Part shown: one piece after another, positions 26,207-38,901 of the stretch
How the letters are laid out: each line of letters begins with the position of its first letter
Numbering within the stretch: the stretch's first letter is position 1
NCBI RefSeq assembly: GCF_009914755.1
Contig: NC_060930.1
Source: the human T2T-CHM13v2.0 reference genome, Homo sapiens
DNA: 64,000 nucleotides
Reading direction: 5' to 3' (one strand)
The notes under the pieces: model-generated
The model's input: the letters and a program-made list of their open reading frames with translations, nothing else
Told to the model about the DNA's origin: nothing
Databases searched by the model: none
Position numbers and translations under genes: made by a program

Positions 26207-28589
26207 TGCCCCAGACATGTCGCAGTTTTTGAAAGCAATTTTTTAAAAAGTGGAAACTGGCATTCAAAAATCTGAACAATGGCAGCGGGATCATTGTGAT
26301 AATCGCTTTGGCTAACAAGTGTAATACTTTAAAGTAGTAAGAAGGCTAATCCTTTAAAGGGACGAATCTTTTGTTTTATGCATGTATAAAGTCTGAGATG
26401 TTTGTTTCAACCGTTCATTAAAGCATTTTTAGTCGTAGCTAATATTTTACCCCTTCGTGACTTCTATCTTCTTCTAGGAGCCAAGCCTAAGAAGGCATCA
26501 ACTCAACAGCTTCAGGTCCCAAGGAGATGTGGTATAATTGGCACACAGCAGTTCACATTCTGCTTGCTAGCGACTTCAAAACACTCCTCAAATAAGTATG
26601 CAGAGCCATTTCCTCCTATTTTTGACTTCTCACAGCCCTATTCCACCCTTGTATTTTCACCAGTGTTAACTTGTGAGGAAAAACTAGCACCTCATCTTCT
26701 TATTTTGTGTGGCTTACAAATTGCCACATATTAAATGGACATATTTGATTTAGTAGCATACATTTAAATGTTTAAAATATGAGGAGTGTTCAGGGAATGC
26801 CATTTCACTTAGCAGTCAGTGCTAACATCATTTTTTGAAATGCTCCCCATTTCTACGATGTAGCCAAAGCTTTATTTATCATCAGATTTGCATTTTGTGA
26901 TGTATTCTTGAGCCAGCCAAACTCATCTAAAAGCAAGCTCATTTAATGCAAAGTAGATTTAAATGTGACTGCTTTAAAATGGACCACCCTGTTTAAATGA
27001 TCCTCCGGATGTAATTAGAAAAAACTCGAGTTCCTAGGATAGGAAAAAAAAGGGTGAACTAAATGATTTCTCTCTCCCTGGGTAATTTTTGACCACGCAC
27101 CAATAAAACTGCTGATCATGAAATGATTTATTTTAAATGTAACTTTCCCACAAACGGTTTAACAGGAGGTGGTTTAGAAATGGTACACCACATTTGAGCA
27201 GACATCGAAAGTGTGTAACAAACCATGATGTTTATAGCCTTCAGCGTCCCAGACTCTTCAGACAAGAGAGAAAGAGAGGGACAAAAAGAGAAAACAGAAA
27301 GAAAGACGAAAAGAAACAAAAAACAGTAGAGTTGTGAGACAATCTATACTCCAATTTTGACTTATATTCAGAAGCATCTTGTTATCTCATGGGGGAACTC
27401 AGGCTCTGTTATCCTAACTCAATTTCCATACCAGTAGTAGTGAGTGATGGTAATGTTATTTAGGAGCTATTCACATAAAAGCTTACCATCCAAAGAGGAT
27501 CTGGTAGTATTAGCATGCTTGTCAAAGCTCCCATCCTCTACACAATGAAGAACCTCGAAACAGAGCTGCCTCTTCCCAAGCCCTGATGAGGCCACGCTTG
27601 GTGCCAGCCATTAAAAATAAAAGCCCGTTAAACTTTCAGGACATGCTTCCACATTTTTGGGCACCGCCAAGTTTTCAAGATTTGAGCCAGTTCAGTGATA
27701 GTATCAGCAGACCAGCATCTCCTAGGCAATGAAAGTAGTTACCATGGAAACCCCAGAGCTGCACCCATCAACAGCTTTACAATTTTGACAGTTCAGAAAG
27801 TGACTATTTAGGAATTTCAATTAGAGCAGAAACATACACATTTAGATGAACAAAATGCTTAAAAAGTCTATAGGAAATGATTTAGATACATATAAATATA
27901 TATTTTAAATCAGAAGGCAGACTCCTAAATATATTCTGCGTGTAGAAGTGAATTTCAGGAATAATGTAAAAAGCACTTGGTAACGAAAAAAGATGTTAAA
28001 GTTCTTTTATCCCTTTTCCTTCCTTGGAAAGGAAATAGGCACCAAGAATAAATAAGTTGTGAAAAATGATCAGCGGATTTTTTTAACAGGGTAGTCACAA
28101 TATGCCATGCTTGTTAAGTCAGAACTTGTGCATATTATTAAGAAATATTTTAGAATTTTATATTTGCCAATTCCTCATATTTGAACAGTTCTGGCAGGGT
28201 AGTCTTTCTTACAACTCTGCTGTAAGAGCTATAACTTTTTTTCCTTTTTATAATAAAGGAAACTGAGGTTCCTGAGGATGGATGGGCTCCACACAGTGGA
28301 TTCCAAATCAGGACCAGACTCAAATCACTTTGAGCCCTGGTTACTCTTTAATTCATTGGCAACAACAGCTGCTCAAATGAAAAGAGCCACATCAACAAAT
28401 CTTTCAAACAGAAAGTCAGGCCCCGTTAAATAAAATATACACAAAGCCGAAAACTCAGATCTATAATAAAAGAAACAGGTCCTGTTACTAGAGATACACA
28501 ATGGTAATAGCAATAATATTAATTTGCAATGGTTAATACTAATATTAATACTAATGCCAACTTCACTGCTAAGAATAGCTGTGCTAGTT

Positions 28590-28937
28590 ATCTTGGTTTT
28601 TCTCCTCCATCAGATCCAAGCTCTATGCCCCCCAAAACTGAACCCATGGACTGCTTCATGTGGGCTCACTTGCCCTCTGCTTCTGGCTGATTTGGCAATG
28701 GAGACATACAGAGGAGATCAGAAGGTGGGAGGAGAGAAAGGTTGGTGTGTTCATTCCTCCAATCCCCACCTTGCCTCTTGCACAGCTCCAGCCTCAGGCT
28801 AGTTCTTGGTCCTTTCACCATGCTTCATTGATTCCTGAAACCTGCTACCACCTGTGTAAATAGTATCAACATTAAATAACTCTTCAGTTAAACTCTTATC
28901 TGCACTATGTATGCCCTGCCCAGACCCGATTGTTACA
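28590..28937 (+). mobile_element. ERVL LTR (LTR33-like)
   Basis: 'cttgccctctgcttctggctgatttggcaatgg...gaggagatcagaaggtgggaggagagaaagg...tgtaaatagt...cattaaa'. Confidence 0.6.
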
Positions 28938-28944
28938 ATAATGA

Positions 28945-29268
<324 letters not shown>

Positions 29269-29279
29269 ATAAATGCTTA

Positions 29280-29392
29280 CTCTTAACTCTGCCCCTATTC
29301 TAAATGCTTTATGTATATTTAACCTTTGCAATAACCCTATGAGGTAGATGCTGTTGCTCCACCCATTTTATAGATTAAAAAATTAAGGCAGG
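29280..29392 (-). mobile_element. MIR fragment
   Basis: 'aataaccctatgaggtagatgctgtt...cccattttatagat'. Confidence 0.6.
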
Positions 29393-30383
29393 AACTTTGG
29401 AAATGCTTTTTGCATGGATTATTTCCTTGATCCTCATGACTCCCCTATGGGTTGAGGGTAGGGAACTGTGATACAAGACAGAAAAGTTAGGAGACAACTC
29501 AAGGGTGCTCAGCTATGAAGCCAACCTCTGTGCCTCCTTGCTCTGTGGATGTCCTCTTGCCCCGTTCTGATACTTTCCTCTGGTTTTGTCCAATTAGAGG
29601 TGTAGGATTCCATTCCATGCCATTGTTTTAAACTTCAGCTCTGGCTTTCTGTCAGGAGCCCTCACTTGGGGAACAGGAGAAAAAGGATTTGCCTGGGTAG
29701 CAGTGCTGCTGCCGATGGCAGAGAGAGGAGATGGGGCTTCCTGGCTTCTTTTGGCTCCTGGGTCCTCTCCTGTGGCTGAGTGAAAGGAATGCTCAATCCT
29801 GGTCTTGGGGTTTTCTAGTGCCCTGTGATGTTTTAAAACAAGGCAGTTAGAACCACTTTGGGGCAAGGGGATGGCAGAAAGGGAAGTAGGAGGTACTAAT
29901 TAAAACCTGTGGAAAGGGTTTTAAAGTTCCCATACCAAGAAAAGTTAACATACCAAGAATATCGTTACTGCTGGTCTACAGCAACCTCTTCTCCTTGCTT
30001 GTCCCCACACCCCATGCTGCCTCACCTGCACTTCAGGTGCAAGCTGCCCCTTCGGATAATTTCCTTCTGTTTATTTCCTAAGGTTTTCTTGTTGTTCATT
30101 TTGGTTAGATGTTACCTTCTAGGGAAAGTGAAGGGGGCAGAGAATGAGTCTCGTAAGGCATGAAGTGTCCTGGGTCCAGCGCTCCACGTGGGTGGGCCTG
30201 GCCATTTTCATTAGTAATAACAGACACGCTGTACAACCATTCAGGATCAGCTACCATCCTGGGCACTGCAACAAGGAACTAACCAAACAAATAAACTAAC
30301 CAATCCACAGACAAAATTCCTGACCTGGAAGGACCATGAAGGCAAAGAGGCATCTATCTCACTGGGCACTGAGACAAAGAATT

Positions 30384-30477
30384 CAAACCAAACCAAACCA
30401 AACCAGACTAAACCAAACAAAAACCAATGCACACAGACACACAGACACACAGACACACATACACACACACACACACC
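30384..30477. repeat. (AAACC)n followed by imperfect (CA)n
   Basis: Direct reading. Confidence 0.85.
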
Positions 30478-31169
30478 CTAGCCTGGAAAGATCCTAAAGG
30501 TAAAGAGATATCTCATTCACTATTCTTCCCCCAGAGCCTGGCCTGACACCTGTAACACAGAAAGAGTTTAATAGATAGTTGATAAATCAGTGGGTAAATA
30601 AATGATTGAATATTCTATTCACACTATAGACAAACATGATAAGTGATAAAGCATCGAAGAGGAAGAACTTGAGACAGGGTTCTACTGCTCACTCCAGGGA
30701 GTCTCTGACTGCCTAGGAATGACTGATACTGGTCTAGGACTTGCTTCTGTGTCTGCAGGACTTCCTGGAGCCTGGAAGTGGGGCTTAGCTGGGAGGCTGA
30801 AAAGGTGGGAAAAGCTCATTCATAACCCTGTGTGCCTTTCTCCAAATACCTTTGAGCTGCCAACCTGAGTCATAATTCCTCTGCCCTCCTCCAGGATCTA
30901 GAGTATGAGGCTAAAAGAGGGAGAGCCCACCCCTAAAGCAAAGGGGTACAGCCTGGTACATGCAGCAGCTTTGGGCTCCAGTCATCAAGCTGTGTCCAAG
31001 GTCGATCCACAAGTTATAGCTATGAGGAGAGCCCTCCCCTTCTCTTGATGTTTGTCCAGTGAAGAGGTCACATTTAGCAGCCTTGTGTATGGCTGACATG
31101 GCCCTAGATATCTCTCCTTCCTTTCAATGATGGCAACAGAAAGCAAGAGGCTCATTGTCTCTAGGGCCC

Positions 31170-31472
31170 ACTCTTCCTGCTCTTCCCTCTACTTCCCACA
31201 GGCACAGGAGCCTCACCCTATGGCCACCACTACAGGCCCACAGGGAGTACTGCCAGGCTTCCACCGATGTTTGCTTAAGGCCCAAGGGCTCTTCAGTCAG
31301 ATTGCAGTGGATGTTGCCAAACCTGGGACTCACCACTTCAGAGCAGTGGGCTCCCCTGTGGCCCAGCCAGGTCTGGAAATGCCATCCAAGAGCCAAGGCC
31401 TGGAGTCGGGGCCCGAAGAGCCCACATGATGCTCTTCCCACCTGTGGCTGAGCTGGTACCTAAAATGCAAGT
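31170..31472 (-). mobile_element. L1M 5'-region fragment (L1M2-like)
   Basis: 'aaggcccaagggctcttcagtcag...ggactcaccacttcagagcagtgggctcccctgtggcccag...aatgccatccaagagccaaggcctgga' resembles the L1M1/L1M2 5' end. Confidence 0.6.
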
Positions 31473-33027
31473 TAGATACACTGATGACTAGTAGAACACA
31501 ATATGCTAGCCTTGGTCTTGGCCATGGCTGGTTGATGTATGGGAGGTCTTAGAGCCTCCAGGTGGGCACAGGATTTGAAAGCTTAGGCTGATCTTAAGGG
31601 CTGGAATACCATTTCCTGCCCTGGGGACAGATTATGTTGACCCCCAAAATCCTGGCAAGGGGCTGGGATAGGAGCTCAGATGTGCATTATTTTTATCTCT
31701 TAAGAAAAACGGAATGACATTTAGAGCTTTCCTATGGTATTAGAGAGATAGTTGAAAAAATACATATTTAGCCAGAAAAAAAGAGTGAAGAAATACAGCA
31801 CTACTTTTGCAACTGATGCTGGCCACAGACCTCAAAGCTGTTCAGCTCCTGTTATCAGACTCTCCTGTGCAGTCCTCATGTCTGTTCACCAGTGTGTTTT
31901 CCAGTGTATCTATTTTCAATTGAGAAGGGAAGAAATGATTAATCATTACTTTCAAGTAATTGTGAGGCTTTTGGACTTAAACAGCTATGACTTTTGGTTA
32001 AAAATTACCTTAAGACATTTATTATTTTGAAACAAATTGCTTCCATTATTTAAAAACTGCACATAATTCTTACACTTATCTCTAAAATGTTTACAATTAT
32101 ATAATGCATTTAAATGTAACTTTATTCCCAAAGCACGTTTATATTCTGGTTCATGGTCACACCACAATGCTCAGCATTCTGATGTAGCTCAGCAGAGGTA
32201 CCTACCCTATCACTGAGACGCAGAGACAATCACAGACCTAGCACCACCTGGTTTCCTTGTATGAAGCAGGATTTGAACCTGAGTGTGTCTGAATCTAAAA
32301 TGTGTGCTCTTGTCAACATGGTTGCATCGAGGGTTTGGTTTCCTCTAGGCACATCTGGTAAACCCCATTCTTTAGTATCATTCTAACCCCATTCAACCAG
32401 CATTCCCTCTGCCCTTAGTAGAGAGCGGGCTCTGTGCTAGCTTAGCTAGGTCAGGGGATACAGAAATGAGTAGGTCACAGTCTACTCAAGGAAATAGGCA
32501 CATAAAGAAATACTTACCAATGAGTCTTCATTCTTCACCCAATTTAGCTTTGCAGCAAACCTCCAGAGCCCATATTAAAAACATCCATGGAACAGCCTAC
32601 AAAACACACACATGCACAAATACACACACACACACGCACACATGCACAGGCACGTACACCAACTATTGCCCATTGGGGAAGATGAGGTCAAGTAAACTTA
32701 TATGAAGCAAAAGAAAATAATTTCCTGGACCTTGTCTAATTGATTTCAAGGTTTGTGGTCCACCTTTAGATATGATGTGCAATAATTCCATCTCTCCAAG
32801 GAGGAACTCTGACGTTAGTAAAATCATTATGGGGCTCTTCTGGTATTCCCAAAGCAGTTAATGGAAGAAGGATGGACACCCAGCCTCCTCTCTCATTAGT
32901 GCCTTCAGGGTATTCAGCCAGATCAATTCCGCAGCCTTCCACCCTTTCTTCTGCAGCCTATTACTTAGTCCTTGAATGGGACCTGCTACAGGGCTGAATC
33001 TTTTAACTTTTTTTAAAAAAGACTTCA

Positions 33028-33320
33028 TTTTTTTTTTTCCTGAGATGGAGTCTCGCTCTGTCACCCAGGCTGTAGTGCAGTGGCGTGATCTTAGCTCACT
33101 GCAACCTCTGCCTCCCGGGTTCAAGCAATTCTCCTGTCTCGGTCTCCTAAGTAGCTAGGATTACAGGCATGTGCCACCATGCCTGGCTACTTTTTGTGTT
33201 TTTAGTAGAGACGGGGTTTCACCATGTTGGCCAGGCTGGTCTTGAACTCCTGACCTTATAATCCGCCCTCCTTGGCCTCCCAAAATGCTGGGATTACAGG
33301 TGTGAGGCACTGCCCCCAGC
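33028..33320 (-). mobile_element. Alu (AluSg-like) inside the L1M tail
   Basis: Antisense dimeric Alu. TSD aagacttcattttt. Confidence 0.97.
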
Positions 33321-33465
33321 TAAGACTTCATTTTTTAGAGCAGTTTGAGGTTCACAGCAAAATTGAGCAGAAGGTATAGAGATTTTCCATGTGTCTCCTG
33401 CCCCGACAGATGCATAGCCTCCTCCATTATCAACCCAGCCCCAACTAGAGCAGTACACTTGTAAC

Positions 33466-33916
33466 TTTCATGTGCGTCCATGTGAAGAGACCACCAAACA
33501 GGCTTTGTGTGAGCAATAAAGCTTTTAATCACCTGGGTGCAGGTGGGCTGAGTCCGAAAAGAGAGTCAGCGAAGGGAGATAGGGGTGGGGCCATTTTATA
33601 CGATTTGGGTAGGTAAAGGAAAATTACAGTCAAAGGGGGGTTGTTCTCTGGTGGGCAGGAGTGGGGGTCACAAGGTGCTCAGTGGGGGAGCTTTTTGAGC
33701 CAGGATGAGGCAGGAAAAGGACTTTCACAAGGTAATGTCATCACTTAAGGCAAGGACCGGCCATTTACACTTCTTTTGTGGTGGAATGTCATCAATTAAG
33801 GTGGGGCAAGGCATATTCACTTCTTTTGTGATTCTTCAGTTACTTCAGGCCATCTGGGCGTATACGTGGAAGTCACAGGGGATGCTATGTCTTGGCTTGG
33901 GCTCAGAGGCCTGACA
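33466..33916 (-). promoter_or_regulatory. 3' LTR7 (poly(A) signal ATTAAA 33529-33524)
   Basis: About 97% identical to the 5' LTR by manual comparison. Confidence 0.95.
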
Positions 33917-33930
33917 TTCCTGCCTTCTTA
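33917..33930 (-). other. Polypurine tract
   Basis: TAAGAAGGCAGGAA immediately before the 3' LTR TG. Confidence 0.9.
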
Positions 33931-34079
33931 TATTAATAAGAAAAATAAAACAAAATAGTGTTGAAGTGTTGGGGCGGCGAACATTTTTTGAGGGTGGTAT
34001 GGAGAGAGAAAGGGCGATGTTTCTCAGGGCTGCTTCAAGCGGGATTAGGGGTGGCGTGGGAACCTAGAGTGGGAGAGAT

Positions 34080-34560
34080 TAAGCTGAAGGGAGGTCTTGT
34101 GGTAAGGGGTGATATTGTGGGGATGTTAGAAGAAACATTTGTCGTATAGAATGATTGGTGATGGCCTAGATACGGTTTTGGATGAATTGAGAAACTAAAT
34201 GGAATAACAGAAGGAGAAAAACAGGTATAAAAGGTCTAAGAATTGGGACGACTCAGGATATCTGATTAGAGAGTGCCTGAGGAGATTCAGCATAGTCCTG
34301 CCAGCAAAGATTATTTATTTACTTCAAGAGTTAAGAGTGGCAGTTTGGGGATAGCACCAGGAGATATCAGCTGTGATGGCTTGGAGAAACAGTGTAAACC
34401 GGCAGTGTAAACAAGAGCAGGGCATGTATGAGTAGTTGAAAACGGTGAATAGGCGTATGACTAGACAGAAGATAGTAGGGATGACAAGTTTTTTGGGGGC
34501 ACAGTCTAAGTTGGTCTGGTGTCTGGAATGAGACTGGGGCCTAATAAAAAGGAACATCTA
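34080..34560 (-). pseudogene. HERV-H env remnant (mostly deleted)
   Basis: TM C-terminus-like 'SQFIQNRI*AITNHSIRQMFLLTSPQYHPLPQDLPSA*' just upstream of the PPT. Confidence 0.7.
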
Positions 34561-34699
34561 TATAGGAGCTTAAATGGGCTGTACCCTGTAGCATTCCGAG
34601 GACAGGCCTGACTTCTGAGAAGGGAAAGTGGTAAAAGTATTGTCCAGTCCTTTTTAAGTTGGTGGCTGAGCTTGGTGAGGTGTGTTTTTAAAAGACCTT

Positions 34700-36620
34700 T
34701 GGTCCATTCTACTTTTCTTGAAGACGGAGGACCATAAGGGATATAAAGGTTTCACTGAATACTAAGAGCCTGAAAAACTGCTTGGCTGATTTGACTAATA
34801 AAGGCTGGTCTGTTATTAGACTGTATACAGGTGGGAAGGCTAAACTGAGGAATTATGTCTGACAGAACGGAAAAAATGACTGTGGTGGCCTTCTCAGACC
34901 CTGTAGGAAAGGCCTGTACTTATCCAGTGAAAGTGTCTACCTAGACTAAGAGGTATTTTAGTTACCTGACTCGGGGCATGTTGAGTAAAGCTAATTTGCC
35001 AGTCCTGGGTGGGGCAAATCCTTGAGCTTGATGTGTAGGGAAGGGAGGGGGCCTGAATAATCCCTGAGGAGTAGTAGAATAGCAGATGGAACACTGAGAA
35101 GTTATTTCCTTGAGGATAGATTTCCACGATGGAAAGGAAATGAGAGGTTCTAAGAGGCGGGCTAGTGGCTTGTACTATAGTATAACTTGTCTTTGCTGGT
35201 GTGTGGCGATTAGGCCTGGTGGAACCGCCATCAATAAATCAAGCGTGATCAGGGTGAGGAACAGGAAAGAAGGAAATTTGGGGAAATGGGGTGAATATCA
35301 GGTGGATCAGAGAGATACAGTCATGGGGGTCAGGTGTGGTATCAGGAATGATGTGGGAGGCCGGATTGAAGTCTGGGCCAGGAACGATAATTGTGGGAGA
35401 CTCAACAAAGAGTGAGTACAGCTGAAGGAGCGGGGGAACAGAAAGTATATGCGTCAGGTATGAGGAAGAAAATAGATTTTGGAAGTTATGAGAACTGTAG
35501 AGAGTGAGTTGAGCATAGTTTGTGATTTTGAGGGCCTCTAAAAGTATTAAAGCAGTGGCAGCCGCTGCACGCAGACATGAGGGCTAGGCTAAAACAGTAA
35601 GGTCAAGTTGTTTGGACAGAAAGGCTACAGGGTGCGGTCCTGGCTCTTGTGTAAGAATTCTGACCGCACTAACCATGCCTAGGAAGGAAAGGAGTTGTTG
35701 TTTTGTAGAAGGTGCTTTGGTTTGAGAGATCAGTCGGACACGATTGGCAGGGAGAGCACGTGTGTTTTTATGAGAATTATGCCGAGATAGGTAACAGATG
35801 AGGAAGAAATTCGGGCTTGATTGAAGTAATGGGGGCTGTCTGTGAAGCCTTGCGGCAGTACAGCCTAGGTAATTTGCTGAGCTTCATGGGTGTCAGGGTC
35901 AGTCCAAGTGAAAGCAAAGAGAGGCTGGGATGAAGGGTGCAAAGGAATAGTAAAGAAGGCATGTTTGAGATCCAGAACAGAATAATGGGTTGTAGAGGCA
36001 GGTATTGAGGATAGGAGAGTATATGGGTTTGGCACCATGGGGTGGATAGGCAAAACAATTTGGTTGATAAGGGCAGATCCTGAACTAACTTGTAAAGCTT
36101 GTCTGGTTTTAGGACAGGTAAAATGGGGGAATTGTAAGGAGAGTTTATAGGCTTTAAAAGGCCATGCTGTAGCAGGCGAGTGATAACAGGCTTTAATCCT
36201 TTCAAAGCATGCTGTGGGATGGGATATTGGCATTGAGCAGGGTAAGGGTGATTAGGTTTTAATGAGATGGTAAGGGGTGCATGATCGGTCACCAAGGAGG
36301 GAGTAGAGGTATCTTATACTTGTGGGTTAAGGTGGGGGAATACAAGAGGAGGACGCAAAGGAGGCTTTGGATTGGGAAGAAGGGCAGCAATGAGATACAG
36401 CTGTAATCCAGGAATAGTCAGGGAAGCAGATAATTTAGTTAAAGTGTCTCAGCCTAATAAGGGAACTGGTCAGGTGGGGATAACTAAAAAGGAGTGGTTA
36501 AAAGAGTATTGTCTAAGTTGGCACCAGAGTTGGGGAGTTTTAAGAGGTTTAGAAGCCTGGCCGTCAATACCCACAACAGTTATGGAGGCAAGGGAAACGC
36601 CCTTGAAAAGAAGGTAATGT
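34700..36620 (-). pseudogene. HERV-H pro/pol remnant (frameshifted, internally deleted)
   Basis: RT motifs 'QYPIPQHALKGLKPVITRLLQHGLLKPINSPYNSPILPVLKP', then a frameshift to 'VPNPYTLLSSIP...YSVLDLKHAFFTIPLHPSSQPLFAFTW', then a stop before LPQGF. Outer limits approximate. Confidence 0.9.
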
Positions 36621-36777
36621 GGAGAGGGTAGCCTCCGTATTGATTAAGAAGGGGACGGGCTTACCTTCCACTGTGAGAGTTACCCGAAGCTCGGCGTCCA
36701 TGATGGTCTAGGGGGCTTCCGAGGCGATTGGGCAGCGTCAGTCTTCAGCCGCTAAGCCGAGAAGATCTGGGAAGCAG

Positions 36778-37140
36778 TCAGAGAGCCTTGGGCCAGAGTT
36801 CCAGGGGCTCTGGAAGTGGCTGCCAGGTGAGTTGAACAGTCCGGTTTTCAGTGGGTTCCCACACAGATGGGACGCGGCTTAGGAGGAATCCCGGGCTGCG
36901 GGCATTCTTTGGCCCGGTGGCCAGATTTCCAGGATATGTAGCAAGCTCCTCGGGGAGGAGGTTCTGGAGGAACGTCTGGCTGCTGCGGTTGAGGCGTTTG
37001 GAGTTCTTGTGTGCTGGAGATGTGGCTGGGGTTTGTCTCACAGTGGAGGCAAGGAATTGCAACTTTTTTCTGTTATTGTACACCTTGAAGGTGAGGTTAA
37101 TTAAGTCCTGTTGTGGGGTTTCAGGGCCAGATTCCAATTT
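36778..37140 (-). pseudogene. HERV-H gag C-terminal remnant (CA end and degenerate NC zinc knuckles)
   Basis: 'ESGPETPQQDLINLTFKVYNNR'. Another frame reads GACYISWKSGHRAKECPQPGIPPKPRPICVGTH*KPDC, with broken CCHC motifs. Confidence 0.85.
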
Positions 37141-38051
37141 TTGGAGTTTTATTTAATGTCGGGAGCAGATTGGGTAATAAAATGAATATTGAGAATAACA
37201 CGGCCTTTTGACCTTTTAGGGTCTAGGGCTGTAAAGCGTCTCAGGGTTGCTGCCAAACGAGCCATGAACTGGGCTGGATTTTTATATTTGATGAAAAAGA
37301 GCCTAAACGCTATCTGATTTGGGATAAAGAAAAAGGAGCATTAACCTTGACTATGCCTTTAGCTCCAGCCACCTTTTTAAGAGTAAATTGCTGGGCAGGT
37401 GGGGGAGGGCTAGTCACGGAACGAAACTGCAAGCCAGACTGTGTGTGAGGAGGGGAGGTGATAAAAGGATTATAGGGTGGAGGAGCAGAGGCTGAGGAAG
37501 AATTGGGACCTAGCTCGGCCTGGCGAGGAGCAGCCTGGGGAGGAGGGGAGAGGTCAGATGGGTCTGTAGAAAAGGAAGATTAGAAAGACTCGGCGACGCT
37601 TGGGGTTGGTACTGAGGGGACAGGCGGGAGGGAAAGAAGGAAGATTTGGGACGAGTTGCACTGGGCACAGAGACTAGGAAGGGACTGATGTGTAAAAGAA
37701 TGCCTGGATGTCAGGCACCTCAGACCGTTTGCCTATTTTATGACAAGAATTATTTAGATTTTGCAGGATGGAAAAATTCAAAGTGCCATTTTCTGGCTAT
37801 TTGGAACTACTGTCGAGTTTGTATTGGGGTCAAGCGGCATTGTAGAAGAAAATAAGGCATTTAGGTTTTAGGTCAGGTGTGAGTTGAAGAGGTTTTAAGT
37901 TTTTGAGAACACAGGCCAAGGGAGTAGAAGGAGGAATGGAGGGTGGAAGGTTGCCCATAGTGAAGGAAGCAAGCCTAGGGAAAAGAGAGAGTAGAGAAAT
38001 GGAGGGAAGGGGTTCGGGGGTTCTTACCTTCCAGAAAAGTGGGAAAAGGGG

Positions 38052-38311
38052 TTGGGGCGCAGAGATAAGAGGTTGGGGCATGGAAATAAGGGATTGGGGT
38101 GCAGAGATATAAGAGGTTGGGGTGTGGAAATAAGGGACTGGGGCACAGAGATACAAGGTTGGGGCACGGGAATAAGGGATTGGGGCACAGAGATAAGAGG
38201 TCGGGGTGTGGAAATAAGGGATTGGGGCGCAGAGATAAGAGGTTGGGGCACGGAAATAAGGGATTGGGGCACAGAGATAAGAGGTTGGGGCGTGGAAATA
38301 AGGGATTGGGG
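38052..38311. repeat. Minisatellite in HERV-H leader: 6 x ~42 bp (two alternating 21-mers)
   Basis: Unit ttggggcacagagataagagg-ttggggcacggaaataaggga. Explains the repetitive ORFs at 37830-38548. Confidence 0.95.
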
Positions 38312-38749
38312 GTTCTTGCCCCATAGAAAAGCGGGACTTGCCGCTAAGGGTGAAGGAGAAGGGGTTGAGGGGTACTTGCCCCTCCCCCAGAAAGGCAGAG
38401 AAGGGGTAGAGACAAGGAGAGAAGAGGTTGGGGTACTTGCCCCTTTCCCAGAAAAGCGGGACTTGCCGCTAAGGGTGAAGGACCAAGGCAGGCGTCCCTG
38501 CATGGTCTGACACCTTTGAAACGTGTGAATAATCAGGCGTCCCTGCAATGACTAAACACCAAGGGAAGGCTGCCTTCCCTGTCCGTGACTAGCGCCGGAG
38601 TTTTGGGTCCACGGATAAAACGTGTCTCCTTTGTCTCTCCCACAAAATGAAAGGAATTGAAATTAAGAGAAGGGAGAGATTGAAGAGTGGAAAGGAGAAA
38701 GTGGTTGAGGGACAGTGAGAGAGGTTGGAGAAGAGAGTAAGAAGAGGCT

Positions 38750-38758
38750 GCTTACCTG
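38750..38758 (-). promoter_or_regulatory. HERV-H major splice donor CAG|GTAAGC
   Basis: Minus strand 'caattttaaatcag|gtaagc', about 145 nt after the 5' LTR, the usual position of the HERV-H leader donor. Confidence 0.85.
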
Positions 38759-38881
38759 ATTTAAAATTGGTGAGATGTTCCTTGGGCTGGTCGGTCTGAG
38801 GACCTGAGGTCGTAGGTGGATCTTTCTCACGGAGCAAAGAACAGGAGGACAGGGGATTGATCTCCCAAGGGAGGTCCCCCA

Positions 38882-38899
38882 ATCCAAGTCACAGCACCA
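38882..38899 (-). other. Primer binding site, tRNA-His
   Basis: TGGTGCTGTGACTTGGAT, two CpG-type transitions from canonical TGGTGCCGTGACTCGGAT, 2 nt after the 5' LTR. Confidence 0.95.
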
Positions 38900-38901
38900 A
38901 A

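Noticed and set aside
35777-36295. 172-aa and 122-aa RT-like ORFs as a functional reverse transcriptase
   Set aside because: Frameshifted, stop-interrupted and lacking YxDD. Reported as a pseudogene remnant.
37830-38548. Long repetitive ORFs on both strands and a CRISPR-like periodicity
   Set aside because: Product of the 42-bp tandem repeat in the HERV-H leader. There are no unique spacers or cas genes, and the DNA is eukaryotic.
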